Of a stretch of 64,000 nt of DNA, positions 13,090 to 25,134 are shown piece after piece. The DNA is from Chiloscyllium plagiosum (Eukaryota), in contig NC_057745.1 of NCBI RefSeq assembly GCF_004010195.1, positions 348,952 to 412,951 on the forward strand. Direction: 5' to 3'. A model generated the notes under the pieces. That model ran no database searches and was not told where the DNA came from. It saw nothing but the letters and a program-made list of their open reading frames with translations. The number at the start of each line of letters is the position of its first letter. Within the stretch, counting starts at the first letter, position 1. A program made the position numbers and the translations under genes.

Positions 13090-16000
13090 TAGTCACAGTG
13101 TGGTACAGCACAGAAACAGACCCTTCAGTCCAATTCGTCTGTGTTGACCAGATATCCTAAATTAATCTGGTCTTATTTGCCAGAACTTGGCCCATATCCC
13201 TCTAAACATAGAGTCATAGAGATGTACAGCATGGAAACATCACCCTAAACCTATGCCCTCTAGTTCTGGACTCCCCGACCCCAGGGAAAAGACTTTGTCT
13301 ATTTATCCTATCCATGTCCCTCATAATTTTGTAAACTCTATGAGGTCACCCCTCAGCCTCCAGCCTGTTCAGCCTCTCACAATATCTCAAATCCTCCAAC
13401 CCTGACAACATCCTTGTAAATCTTTTCTGAATCCTTTCAAGTTTCACAACATCTTTCGATAGGAAGGAGACCAGAATTGCATGCAATATTCCAACGGTGG
13501 CCTAACCAATGTCGTGTACAGCCGCTACATGACCTCCCAATCCCTGTACTCAATACTCTGACCAATAAAAGAAAGCATACCAAATGCCTTCTTCACTATC
13601 CTATCTACCTGCAACTCCACTTTCAAGGAGCTATGAACCTGCACTCCAAGGTCTCTTTGTTCAGCAACACTCCCTAGGACCTTACCATTAAGTGTATAAT
13701 GCAGCACCTCCCACTTATCTGAATTAAACTCCATCTGCCACTTCTCAGCCCATTGGCCCATCTGATGAAGATCCTGTTGTAATCTGAGGTAACCCTCTTT
13801 GCTGTCCACTACACCTCCAATTTTGGTGTCATCTGCAAACTTACTAACTGTACCTTTTATGCTCGCATCCAAATCATTTATGTAAATGACAAAAAGTAGA
13901 GAACCCAGCGTTGATCCTTGTGGCACCCCACTGGTCACAGGCCTCCAGTATGAAAAACAACCCTCCACCACCACCCTCCGTCTTCTACCTTTGAGCCAGT
14001 TCTGTATCCAAACGGCTAGTTCTCCCTTAATTCCATGAGATCTAACCTTGTTAATCAGTCTCCCATGGGGGACCTTGTCGAATGCCTTACTGAAGTCTAT
14101 ATAGATCACATCTACCGCTCTGCCCTCATCAATCCTCTTTGTTACTTCCTCAAAAAACTCAATCAAGTTTGTGAGACATGATTTCCCAAGCACAAAGCCG
14201 TGTTGACTATCTCTAATCAGTCCTTGCCTTTCCAAATACATGTACATCCTGTCCCTCAGGATTCCCTCCAATAACTTTCCCTCCACCGAGGTCAGACTCA
14301 CTGGTCTATAGTTCCCTGGCTTGTCCTTACCACCCTTCGTAAACAGTGGCACCACATTAGCCAACCTCCAGTCTTCCGGCACCTCACCTGTTACTATCGA
14401 TGATACAAATATCTCAGCAAGAGGCCCAGCAATCACTTCTCTAGCTTCCCACAGAGTTCTCGGGTTTACCTGATCAGGTCCTGGGGATTTATCCACCTTT
14501 ACCTGTTTCAAGACATCCAGCACTTCCTCCTCTGTAATCTGGTCATTTTGCAAGATGTCACCATCTATTTCCCGACATTCTATATCTTCCATATCCACAG
14601 TAAATACTGATGCAAAATACTCGTTTAGTATCTCCCCCATTTTCTCCAGCTCCACACAAAGGCCGCCTTGCTGATCTTTGAGGGGCCCTATTCTCTTCCT
14701 AGTTACCCTTTTGTCCTTAATGTATTTGTAAAAACCCTTTGGATTCTCCTTAACCCTATTTGCCAAAGCTATCTCATGTCCCCTTTCTGCCCTCCTGATT
14801 TCCCTTTTAAGTATACTCCTACTTCCTTTATACTCCTCTAAGGATTCACTCGATCTATCCTGTCAATACCTTACTTTTGCTTCCTTCTTTTTCTTAACCA
14901 AACCGTCAATTTCTTTAGTCATCCAGCATTCCCTATACCTACCAGCCTTCCCTTTCACCCTGACAGGAATATACTTTCTCTGGATTCTCGTTATCTCATT
15001 TCTGAAGGCTTCCCATTTTCCAGCCGTCCCTTTACCTGCGAACATCTACCCTCAATCAGATTTCAAAAGTTCTTGCCTTTCTCCAATTTAGAACTTCAAC
15101 TTTTAGATCCAGTCTATCCTTTTCCATCACTATTTTAAATCTAATGGAATTATGTTCACTGGCCCCAAAGTGCTCCCCCACTGACCTCCTTTTTAAATTC
15201 CTGCCTAACTCTCTGTAATCTCCGTTCGGAATCTTAGCCTTTTCCCTTCCAATGTCGTTGGTTCCAATGTGGACAATGACCTCTTGCTGGCCCCTTCTCT
15301 CCTGTGAGAACATTCTGCATCCTCTCTGAGACATCCTGGCACCAGGGAAGCAACACACCATTCTGCTTTTTCGCTGCTGGCCACAGAAACATCTGTCTGT
15401 ATCTCGGACTGGAGAATCCCCTAACACAATTGATCTCTTGGAATCTGATGTACCCCTCGTTCCCCTGAGAATCCAACACCCTCTACATTTTCCAAAACAG
15501 CATACTTGTTTGAAATGGGTATAGCCACAGAAGACTCCTGCACTAGGTGCCTACCTCTCTTCCCTTTCCTGGAGTTAACCCATCTATGTGTCTGTATCTG
15601 AGACTTTCCCCCCTTCCTATAACTGCCATCCATCACATACTGTTACTGTTGCAAATTCCTCATTGCTTCTAACTGTCTCTCCAACCAATCCATTCGATCT
15701 GCTAAGATTTGCAGCCAACAGCATTTATGACAGATATAATCCGCAGTAACCCTTCAACTCTCTTTAAACTCCCACATCTGACAAGAAGTACATATCACTC
15801 TATTAAAGGCCATTTTTATTCCTTCACAATCTGCAGACCCAGAAAATAACACTGTTTTATTCCTCTACAAACACGGCCCCAGGTTAAATTAATAGTTATG
15901 GCTTATATTTTAAGTTTAACCAAGAGACATATCTCCAAAAATATATAATCAAGAACCCATTCTACTCACTGCTGCAGATTCTCTGTAGGCCACACTTAAA

Positions 16001-18020
16001 AACAACAATAAACTTATCTGATTCTGTGCTGTGAATTTCACCCAACAGTTCCTCCAAGATCAGTTGTGAATTTCACTGTTTGTTAATTTTCCCAGATGCA
16101 ATCCGATGTCCAGCGATAGATTAATTCAAACAGCAAAGTAAACCCTTCCTATTCATGTATCCAGCCAGATGCCTATTAAACATTATAATTATACCAGCCT
16201 CCACCACTTGCTCTGGCAGCTCGTTCCAAACAGGTACCACCCTCTGTGTGAAAAAGTTGCCCCTTAGGTCCCTTTTATACCTTTCCCCTCTCACCGTAAA
16301 CTTATGCCCTCTAGTTTGGACTCCCTGACCCTTGAAAAAGACCTTGTCTATTTATCCTATCCATGCCCCTCATGATTTTATAAACCTCTATATGGTCATC
16401 CCTCAGCCTCCGATGCTCCAAGCAAAACAGCCCCAGGCTATTCAGCCTCTGCCTGGAGCTCAAATCTTCTAACCCTGGCAATATCCTTGTAAATCTTTTT
16501 CTGCATTCTTTCAAGTTTAACAACATCTTTCCTGTAGTAGGGAGACCAGTATTCCAAAAGTGGCCTAACCAATGTTTTTACAGCTGCAATTTGACCTCCC
16601 AACTCCAATAGTCAATGCACTGACCAATAAAGGCATGCAACCAAATACCTTCCTCATTATCCTATCTACCTGTGACTCCACCTTCAGGTAACTCTGAATC
16701 TGCACTCCTTTTTGTTTGGTAACACTCCCCAGAACCCCCCATTAAGTGTATTAAATCCTGATCTGATTTTCCTTTTAAAAATGCAACAACCTCAGATTAC
16801 AATTGATCAGATGGGCCAATGGGCTGAGAAGTGGCAGATGGAGTTTAATTTAGATAAATGTGAGGTGCTGCATTTTGGAAAGGCAAATCAGGGCAGGATT
16901 TATACACTTAATGGTAAGATCCTGGGAAGCATTGCTGAACAAAGAGACCATGGAGTGCAGTTCATAGCTCCTTGAAGGTGGAGTCGCAGGTAGATAGGAT
17001 AGTGAAGAAGGTGTTTGGTATGCTTTCCTTTATTGGTCAGAGTATTGAGTACAGGAGTTGGGAGGTCATGTTGCGGCTGTACAGGACATTGGTTAGGCAA
17101 CTTTTGAAATATTGTGTGAATTCTGGTCTCCTTCCTATCGAAAAGATGTTGTGAAACTTGAAAGGGTTCCGAAAAGATTTACAAGGCTGTTGCCAGGGTT
17201 GGAGGATTTGAGCCACAGGGAGAGGCTAAATAGTCTGGGGCTGTTTTCCCTGGAGCATCGGAGGCTGTGGGGTGACCTTATACAGATTTATAAAATCATG
17301 AGGGGCATGGATAGAGTAAACAGACAAGGTCTTTTCCTTAGTGTGGAGGAGTCCAGAACTAGAGGGCTTAAGTTTAGGCTGAGATGGGAAAACTTTGAAA
17401 GGGGCTGAAGGGTCAACTTTTTTACACAGAGGGTGGTACGTGTATGGAATGAGCTGCCAGAGGAGGTGGTAGAGGGTGGTACAATTACAACATTTACAAG
17501 GCATCTGGATGGGTATATGAATAGGAAGGGTTTAGATGTATATGGACCAAGTGCTGACAAATGAGACTAGATTAGGTTAGGGTATCTAGTCGGCACATAT
17601 CCACGAATTGGACTGAAGGGTTTGTTTCCGTGCTGTACATCTCTATAACTCTATGTGACATTTATGTAAATTAAACTCCATCTGCATCGCCTCTGCCCAA
17701 CTGATCAAGGTCTTGTTGTACTCTGAAACAACCTTCTTCACTGTCCATTACACTACCAATTTTGGTGTTATCTACAAAGTTACTAACCATAACTCCTATA
17801 TTCACATTCAAATAATTTATATAAATGACAAAAAGTAGAGGGCGCAGCACCAATCCTTGTGGCACATCACTGGTCACAGGCCTCCAGTCTGAAAAACAAC
17901 CCTCCACCACCACCAAGCCAATTTTGTATACAAATGGCTAGCTCTCCCTGGATTCCATGTGATCTAACCTTGCTAACTAGTTTACTATGCAGAAGCTTGT
18001 CAAACACCTTGCTGAAGTAC
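13090..18020 (-). mobile_element. Nested CR1 (HER1-like) LINE cluster: a host fragment, an internally deleted near-full-length copy (about 13209-16139, -) and a plus-strand 3' fragment (about 16790-17655)
   Basis: 413-aa RT ORF (PGPD, NYRPVSLTS, DFSKAFD, GVPQGS, FADD), SGNH-esterase-like ORF1 remnant (GDS...CCFPGA...HIGTND) and CTCTATGACTCTAT tails. Confidence 0.92.
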
Positions 18021-18776
18021 GATTATACCTGGGTAGAAATGGTTCTCCTTCAAGATGCTCACATTCCCATTGGAAGAGAAGGTACCAGCCTCTCCTAAAT
18101 TGAGTGGTCATTGTCTTGTGAAAACAAGGACAATGTTTTATCTCGAGGCGTTGCTCAGAGTGGGAACAAACCATAAATTCTGTCTGAGTTACCGTAAAGT
18201 CAAGCACAGTCTATACGCTCACACTTAGATTTTCTAAATTCCAAAGCTGTATTTTGGGGTAATTTTCTTGTATTTTAATGCGTTACAAATGCTTTTTTCA
18301 AAATCAAGTTCTCGGTGGAGAATATTAACCAATTATTTGGTTCATCTTAGTGTTATTGGTAACCATTACTGACTGCCATTTTTTATCTGGAACCATTTTT
18401 TTGAGATTTGTGGTTTAGGATTTTCATTGCCCCCTGCACATATATCATCAGTCTGTCATCTTCTTGTGGCTCAGTTTATAGCAGGCTGATGACAAATAGT
18501 TTTATAATGACTGATGTTCTGTACCAGTTGTCTGCCTCTGCAATTTCTACTCACTTCATCAAAACTCCTCGGATCACCTTGAGTTTAATTACTTAGTCAG
18601 AAAGTCTTGCATGTTGTAAAGTGTGTGTCAGATTTAATTTCAAGTGGATATGTGCTTGACATTAAGTATTTAGCGTGTTTGGTTCTGAATCAATATGTCC
18701 TTCAGTCTGTATGTGTCTCCATATTGTTTTAAAGTTGAGATAGATATTTTAATAACCTTCTCTGTTTTCTTTACAC

Positions 18777-18827
18777 AGTAAACTGGATTTTGTACTCCAA
18801 CCCACTTTCTACGGGTTTTGTGGCTGC
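18777..18827 (+). pseudogene. crybgx-like N-terminal arm exon remnant: SKLDFVLQPTFYGFCGC
   Basis: Follows a polypyrimidine tract and resembles the teleost Crybgx arm (recalled as SKLGSVLQRAFYGSSGR). Donor reads TTAAGT instead of GTAAGT. Confidence 0.65.
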
Positions 18828-18912
18828 TTAAGTAAAAACCAGAAAATGCTTCCTCGCATTGACATCCTAAACACTGTGCACAATCGTTGATGTCTCAATC
18901 TTTATGATCCAA

Positions 18913-19261
18913 GTGACCCTATCTGAGTGAAGAAATCTTTCTGGCAGGTGGTTAGCAGTAATTGGTACAAAAACAGAAAGTGCTGGAAGAGCTCAGGTTT
19001 GACCCCATCAGTGGAGAGAAATCAGAGTTGATGTTTCAGATCCAGTCACCCTTCCTCAGAACTGGATCCGAAACATTAACTCTGATTTCTCTCCACAGAT
19101 GGGGTCAAACCTGCTGAGCTTCTCAGCAATTTTTGTTTTCGTTTCTGATTTATAGCATCAGTAGCTCTTTCAGTTTTTATTTAGCATTAACTGGTGTCAG
19201 TCCGAAGCTGTCAGAATGTAACTTCCAAGAGATGCAATTCTGTGCTAGTGGAGAGTGGGGT
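18913..19261 (+). pseudogene. crybgx-like Greek key 1 exon split by a transposon: VTLSE*RNLSGRWLA[insertion]LTGVSPKLSECNFQE/CNSVLVESGV
   Basis: Crystallin motif 1 pattern (VTLxExxNxxGRxxxL...NSVxVESG). Stop at 18928-18930, frameshift near 19232, acceptor CAA, donor ATAAGT. Confidence 0.85.
18967..19180. mobile_element. Palindromic Penelope-derived short element inserted in a crybgx-like exon
   Basis: Inverted arms of about 70 bp, 15-bp TSD TTAGCA(G/T)TAA(T/C)TGGT at 18952 and 19181, and a decayed hammerhead core. Confidence 0.8.
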
Positions 19262-20145
19262 ATAAGTCGTGTTATACCCCCTCAAAATATATTCAGAAGC
19301 CGAGACCCTGACTTTTTTTTATTTTAAAAGCAAGTGCCAGGTTGTGTGTTCTGGATACGATTTGATCAATCAGATTACCAATCTTGAAGCAAAGATTTAT
19401 TCATACACTATAGTTAAAATAAAACAACAGAAAGAAATTGGCATAAGAACTCCACTGATTTGTTTTTGATGTTATTGTCACATGTATCTTACAGTAAGAA
19501 TACAATCAAATGGTGAAAAGCTTTCATTTGGTGCCACAAAGCTGCCTTGCCAGCAGCACCGACTTCCTGAGGATGAATTCTTAAGTGGCTTTCTTGAAGA
19601 CAGGTTTGGGCTCAGGCCCTGATGACTTCTACAAATCAAAAGCTATTGGGATACTAGTCTTTATTATGAGAGGAGTTGAATTGAGAAGCAAGGATGGGAG
19701 CCTCTTGTAGCACAGAGGTAGTGTCCCTACCATTGAACCAAGAGACCAGGGTTCAACTTCTAACTGCTCCAGAGCTGCCTATAGGAAAAGAGGGTGTAAA
19801 CAAGGATGTCCTGCTTCACTTGTACCAGGCAAGCTACCCAGAACGGGGAGCTTGGTCTCCTTATTTTAAGGAAAGATGTGTATCCATTGGGAGTGTTTCA
19901 GAGGCAGTTTATTTGATTGATATCTGGAACAAGCAGGTTTTTTAATAAGTAAAGGTTGGAGAGACTGGGCTTGTTTCCACTGGAGTTTAGATGTGTGTGG
20001 GTAACTTGATTGAACTTTACCACATCCTGAACACAAGGCTGACAGAGAAGGGTTGCTTCCACTTGTGGGTGAAGCCATTGATAGGGGCCACTATTTAAAA
20101 TTAGGGGTGACACTTTTAGAAGATATCAGAATTTATTTTTTCTGA

Positions 20146-20835
20146 TGTGGTTCTGTTTGCTGAGCTGGGAATTTGTGTTGCAGACGTTTCGTCCCCTGTC
20201 TAGATGACATCCTCAGTGCTTGGGATCCTCCTGTGAAGCGCTTCTGTGATCTTTCCTCCGGCATTTGTAGTGGTTTTAATCTGCCGCTTCCGGTTGTCAG
20301 TTCCAGCTGTCCGTTGCAGTGGCCGGTATATTGGGTCCAGGTCGATGTGCTTATTGATTGAATCTGTGGATGAGTGCCACGCCTCTAGGAATTCCCCGCT
20401 GTTCTCTGTTTGGCTTGTCCTATAATAGTAGTGTTGTCCCAGTCAAACTCATGTTGCTTGTCATCTGCGTGTGTGGCTACTAAGGATAGCTGGTCGTGTC
20501 GTTTCGTGGCTAGTTGGTGTTCATGGATGCGGATCGTTAGCTGTCTTCTTGTTTGTCCTATGTAGTGTTTTGTGCAGTCCTTGCATGGGATTTTGTACAC
20601 TACATTGGTTTTGCTTATGCTGGGTATCGGGTCCTTCATTCTGGTGAGTTGTTGTCTGAGAGTGGCTGTTGGTTTGTGTGCTGTTATGAGTCCTAATGGT
20701 CGCAATAGTCTAACTGTCAGTTTGGAAATGCTCTTGATGTATAGTAATGTGGCTAGTCCTTTGGGTTGCGGCGTTCCCAGCTCGGCGAACAGAACCACAA
20801 CAACAAGCACCCGAGCTACAAATCTTCGCACAAAC
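20146..20835 (-). mobile_element. Penelope-like element 3' fragment (GIY-YIG endonuclease) with a short inverted terminus
   Basis: NVVYKIPCKDCTKHYIGQT...RIHEH translation. TSD TTTATTTTTTCTGA at 20132 and 20836. Confidence 0.9.
20180..20219 (-). ncRNA. Minimal hammerhead ribozyme motif
   Basis: Reverse strand reads GCA-CTGAGGA-T-GTCATCT(AGAC)AGGGGAC-GAAAC-GTC-TGC, with stem I GCA/TGC, stem II and a GUC triplet. Confidence 0.72.
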
Positions 20836-20905
20836 TTTATTTTTTCTGACTTTAACACCTGCTGCAGTGCAGGTAGGAAATTCTTTAATTCCCTGTTGTT
20901 GACAG

Positions 20906-21033
20906 TCGGGTCAGATAAAAGGGTGAAGAGCTACAGTGGTTGCCGGCATCTCTGGGATATGTATGACAAACAAGAGTACAGCAGTCGGAGAGGTCACAAG
21001 GTCACTACAGAGCAGCAGAGCCTGTCAGGATAC
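20906..21033 (+). pseudogene. crybgx-like Greek key 2 exon remnant: RVR*K../SYSGCRHLWDMYDKQEYSS...
   Basis: CAG acceptor in phase 2. LWDMxDxxEY matches the recalled Crybgx-specific YLWDMSDRGEY. Contains a stop and a frameshift, and the probable donor reads GCGAGT. Confidence 0.75.
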
Positions 21034-21419
21034 GCGAGTATATCGTTTAAATTACTTTTAGTCCCATCTTTCTTCAGTTCCTGGAGGCAGTCGTAGTAAC
21101 ATGAGGTTACATATTTGGGTGGTTGCTTTACCCGAAACGCTACCTGGGTAGTGTCTCCCACCCATCCTCCTCCACTAACCAAAACAAAGGTTCTGTGCAT
21201 CAATTGGTAAGGTGACAAGCATTTTCTTTCGTGTTTCATTTTTTTTCAGCGATCTATTTGGGATTCCCTACAGTGTGGAAACAGGGCCCCACACCGACAC
21301 TCCAAAGAGCAACCCACGCAGACCCATTCCCCAACATTTACCCCTGCACCTGACACTACGGGCAATTTAGCATGGCCAATTCACCTAACCTGTACATCTT
21401 TAGACTGTGGGAGGAAACC

Positions 21420-23280
21420 ATTGTAAGTTAGCCAGAAAATATCTAAAGAGAGGACTAAGAAGAGCCAGGAGGAGACATGAGAAGTTGTTGGTGGATAGGA
21501 ACAAGGAAAGCCCTAAGGCCTTCTATAGGTATATCAGGAATAAAAGAGTGACTAGAGTAAGATTAGAGCCAAAGACTGTAGTGGGAAGTTGTGTGTGGAA
21601 TCAGAGGACATGGGAGGAAGTGCTTAATGAGTGCTTTTCATCAGTATTCACATTGGAAAAGAGCAATGTTAGTGAGAAAATGGAGATACAGGCTACTAGA
21701 TTAGATGGGATTGCGGTTGACAAAGAGGTTTTAGCAATTTTGGAAGATCTGAAAATACATAAGACCCATGGGCTGGATGGGATTTATCCTCGGATTCTCT
21801 GGGAAGCCAGGGAGGAGATTGCAGAGCCTTTGGCTTCGATCTTTATGTCATCATTGTCGACAGGAGGAGAAGATGGCAAATGTTGTTCCCTTGTTCAAGA
21901 AGGGGAGTCAGGACAACCCTGGTAATTATAGGCCAGTGAGCCTTACCACGGTTGTGGGAAAGTGTTGGAAAAGGCTATAGGAGATAGGATTTATAATCAT
22001 CTGGAAAGCAATAAGATGATTACAGATAGTCAACATGGTTTTATGAAGAATAGATTATGCCTCTCTAACCTTATTGAGTTCTTCAAGAAGGTGACAAAAC
22101 AGGTGGATGAAGGTAAAGTGGTTGATGTGATGTATATGGATTTCAGTTAGGGGTTTGATAAGGTTCCACACAGTAGACTATTATACAAAATACAGAGTTA
22201 CGGGATTAAAGGTGATTTAGCAGTTTAGATCAGAAATTGGCTAGCTGTAAAACGACAGAGAGTGGTGTTTGATGGGAAATGTTCATCCTGGAGCTCAGTT
22301 ACCAGTGGTGCGCCACAAGGATCTGTTTTGGGGCCACTGCTGTTAGTCATTTTTATAAATTATCTGGAGGTGGGCGTAGAAGGATGGGTTAGTAAATTTG
22401 TGGATGACTCTAAGGTAGGCAGAGTTGTGGATAGTGCTGAAGGATGTTGTAGGTTACAGAGGGACATAGATACGATGCAGAGTTGGGATGAGAAGTGGCA
22501 AATGGAGTTTAATGCAGAAAAGTGTGAGCTAGTTCACTTTGGAAGTAGTAACAGGAATGCTGAGTACTGGGCTAATGGTAAAATCCTTGGCAGTGTAGAT
22601 GAACAGAGAGATCTCTGTGTCTAGGTGCATAAATCCCCGAAAGTTGCCACCCCGGATGACAGGGTTGTTAAGAATGCAAATGGTGTGTTGCCGTTTATTG
22701 GTAAGGGGGATTGAGTTTCGGAGCCACGAGGTCATGTTTCAGCTGTACAGGACCCTGGTAAGGCTGCATCTGGAGTATTGCGTACAGTTCTGGTCACTGC
22801 ATTATGGGAAGGACGTGGAAGCTTTGGAAAGGGTTCAGAGAAGATTTACTAGGATGTTGCCTGGTATGGAGGGGAGGTCTTACGCATAAAGGCTGAGGGA
22901 ACCGAGGCTGTTTTCGTTGGAGAGAAAGTTGAGAGGTGACTTATTTGAGATGTATTAGATAATCAGAGGGTTAGATAGGATGGCCAGTGACAGCCTTTTA
23001 CCTTGGAAGCTGGTGGCTAACATGAGGAGACATAGCTTTAAATTGAGGGGTGATAGATTTAGGACAGACATCAGGGGTAATTTCTTTACTCAGTAGTAGG
23101 GGTGTGGAAAGGCTTGCCTGCAACAGTAGTAGACTTGCCCTTGTTAAGGGCATTTAAATGGGCATTGGACATTCATATGGATAATGATGGAATGGTATAG
23201 GTTAGAAGGGCATCAGATTAATTTCACAGGTTGGTGCAACATCGAGGGCCGAAGGACCTGTACTGCGCTGTAATGTTCTG
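21420..23280 (+). mobile_element. 5'-truncated CR1 LINE ORF2 with frameshifts
   Basis: NYRPVSLT, SQHGF, PQGSVLGP and LEYCVQFWS translations. Confidence 0.9.
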
Positions 23281-23999
23281 TAAGTGGTTTGGCATATCAG
23301 CATCTCCTCTGTGATAGCTGAGAGGTGGGTCAAAAAAAATGATCTGATAATGTTGCATGATGCACTAAATTACCAGCTATCAACAAATCATTATCCAGTA
23401 AAATTTCTTCACATAAGACAGCCATAGAAAGATCAAACATTTTCAGAGAGAACTTAGTGGCCATCAAAAACATAAATCACTTTCTTCATCAAATGGTACA
23501 TGTCAAGTATCAAGTCTTAACACTTGTAGGTTTAAATAAAAACCTAGAAAGTTAAAAGGGATGATGCCAAACAGCTCACTGTAGCGAGCTTCCGGCTTTG
23601 ATACCTTTGATTTTGGCTGCTGTGTGTTAAAGCTTGATGGTGAAATAATATCTCCCAGCAGGCATCTGAGAGCTTTGCTTTTGTAGAGGTACCAATTGAA
23701 AGTCAATTACCTCGTAGATATGTCCTTAGTAACCTAAAGTAAATTTGGCTTGAAACAAAACAGGCAGAAGTTGTTCAATTCTCACAAATCAGGATTTGTT
23801 GTTGGAAAATGACAGCATTTTGTCACGATTAACCCAGAGGCTGTAGTGTTATATTGAAGAAGTAGGCAATCCCTTATTCAGTAGAGAAGCAGGCAGAGAA
23901 ACATTTTAATCTTGAAAAATCGGAATGAATTAAAAAAAAACTGCAACCATTGACACTACCAAACTGTATCAAATATCTTTGTGCCTTGAAACTAATAAG

Positions 24000-24138
24000 G
24001 AACATTTACCATCGAAAATCTGCTTCCACAAAGAAAACAGCATTTCTGGAAGGAAGGTGGAGCTCCAAGAGAATATACTGAATCCCATTTCATGTTCACT
24101 CTCGATCACTGTGCCTCTGCCACGGGTCAGGGAGGAAT
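24000..24138 (+). pseudogene. crybgx-like Greek key 3 exon remnant: EHLPSKICFHKENSISGRKVELQENILNPISC/TLDHCASATGQGG(M)
   Basis: SGRKVELQE motif 3 pattern. AG and GTACGT are intact, but the 139-nt length implies a frameshift. The terminal AT joins the G of the next exon to give GG-M-WVAY. Confidence 0.8.
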
Positions 24139-25134
24139 GTACGTACAGATTGGGCTGTTACAGAGTACAGTCAGAGTTGGTTTGGCTACACAACAGGCAC
24201 CATACTTGAAAAATAATTTATTGTTTAATGTCAAAGTGTGACTCTTTTATATAAATGCAATTATTTCAGTCAAAATATTATCCATACTATTTGCATATAT
24301 AGTGAAAGTTCTTGGAATTATGGCACAGTGGTAGTATCCACATCTCTGAATCAGGCGACCAGATTTCAAGGCCCATTTGTTCCAGAGATGTATGACATCT
24401 TTGAACAGGTTGATTTAAATAAAAACCTAGAAAGTTGGGGGGGGGGGAATACCAAACACTCTCTGTAGCGAGCTTTCAGCTTTGTTACCTTTGATTTTGG
24501 CTGCTGTGTGTTAAAGGCTCTCGTGGTGCAGTGGTACCTCTTTGGAGCAGGCCTGGGTTCAGGTCCTGCATGCTCCAGAGGTACATCAGAACACATGCAC
24601 CCCTGTTGATTAGATGTATCTAGATTGAAGATTCCCAACTGTTTCTGTGCTTCAGCAGATTACAACCAGTGGGGGACTCAGCTGGTGCCTTTGATAGTAA
24701 TTATCATTGGTCTAGCTGACCTCACAACTAAACCTAATCCATCCTCAACAGGGAGAAATCACTGGATAATGATCGGAGCAGAAACCTTAGTTGACCTTTC
24801 CCTCCCTTGTTGAATCTAAGATTTGTCACCACTACCAGAAACCCTGAGCTAAGATCCATCATCTCAGTACAACAAAGGAGTCAAAACACCAGGGTGGTGA
24901 TCAGTCTGGGTCAGTGCACCTGGCACAAGACACAATGTCCCATTTTAACAGAATACTGTTTAATTTCCCATCTCTCTGCAACCAGCACTAACTTGATGAT
25001 AAACTAGTGTGTTTCACAGTGAACATGCAGTATCCTTTAGTCAGACATAGTGCACCCAGAGCAGGATGCACAGCTTTAAAGTATTGGGTTACAGGGTCAG
25101 TGTATATTTGATTTTCTTCTCCATTTCATTATAG

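Noticed and set aside
13525-14766. 413-aa reverse transcriptase ORF as an active or domesticated gene
   Set aside because: Fragment of a CR1 with internal deletions and no intact endonuclease, with many close relatives in the window.
18779-18830. Alternative frame NWILYSNPLSTG resembling a CRYBG1/AIM1 Greek-key motif
   Set aside because: The other frame (KLDFVLQPTFYG) fits the crybgx-like arm and ends exactly at a donor-like site in the correct phase. This frame runs into a stop.
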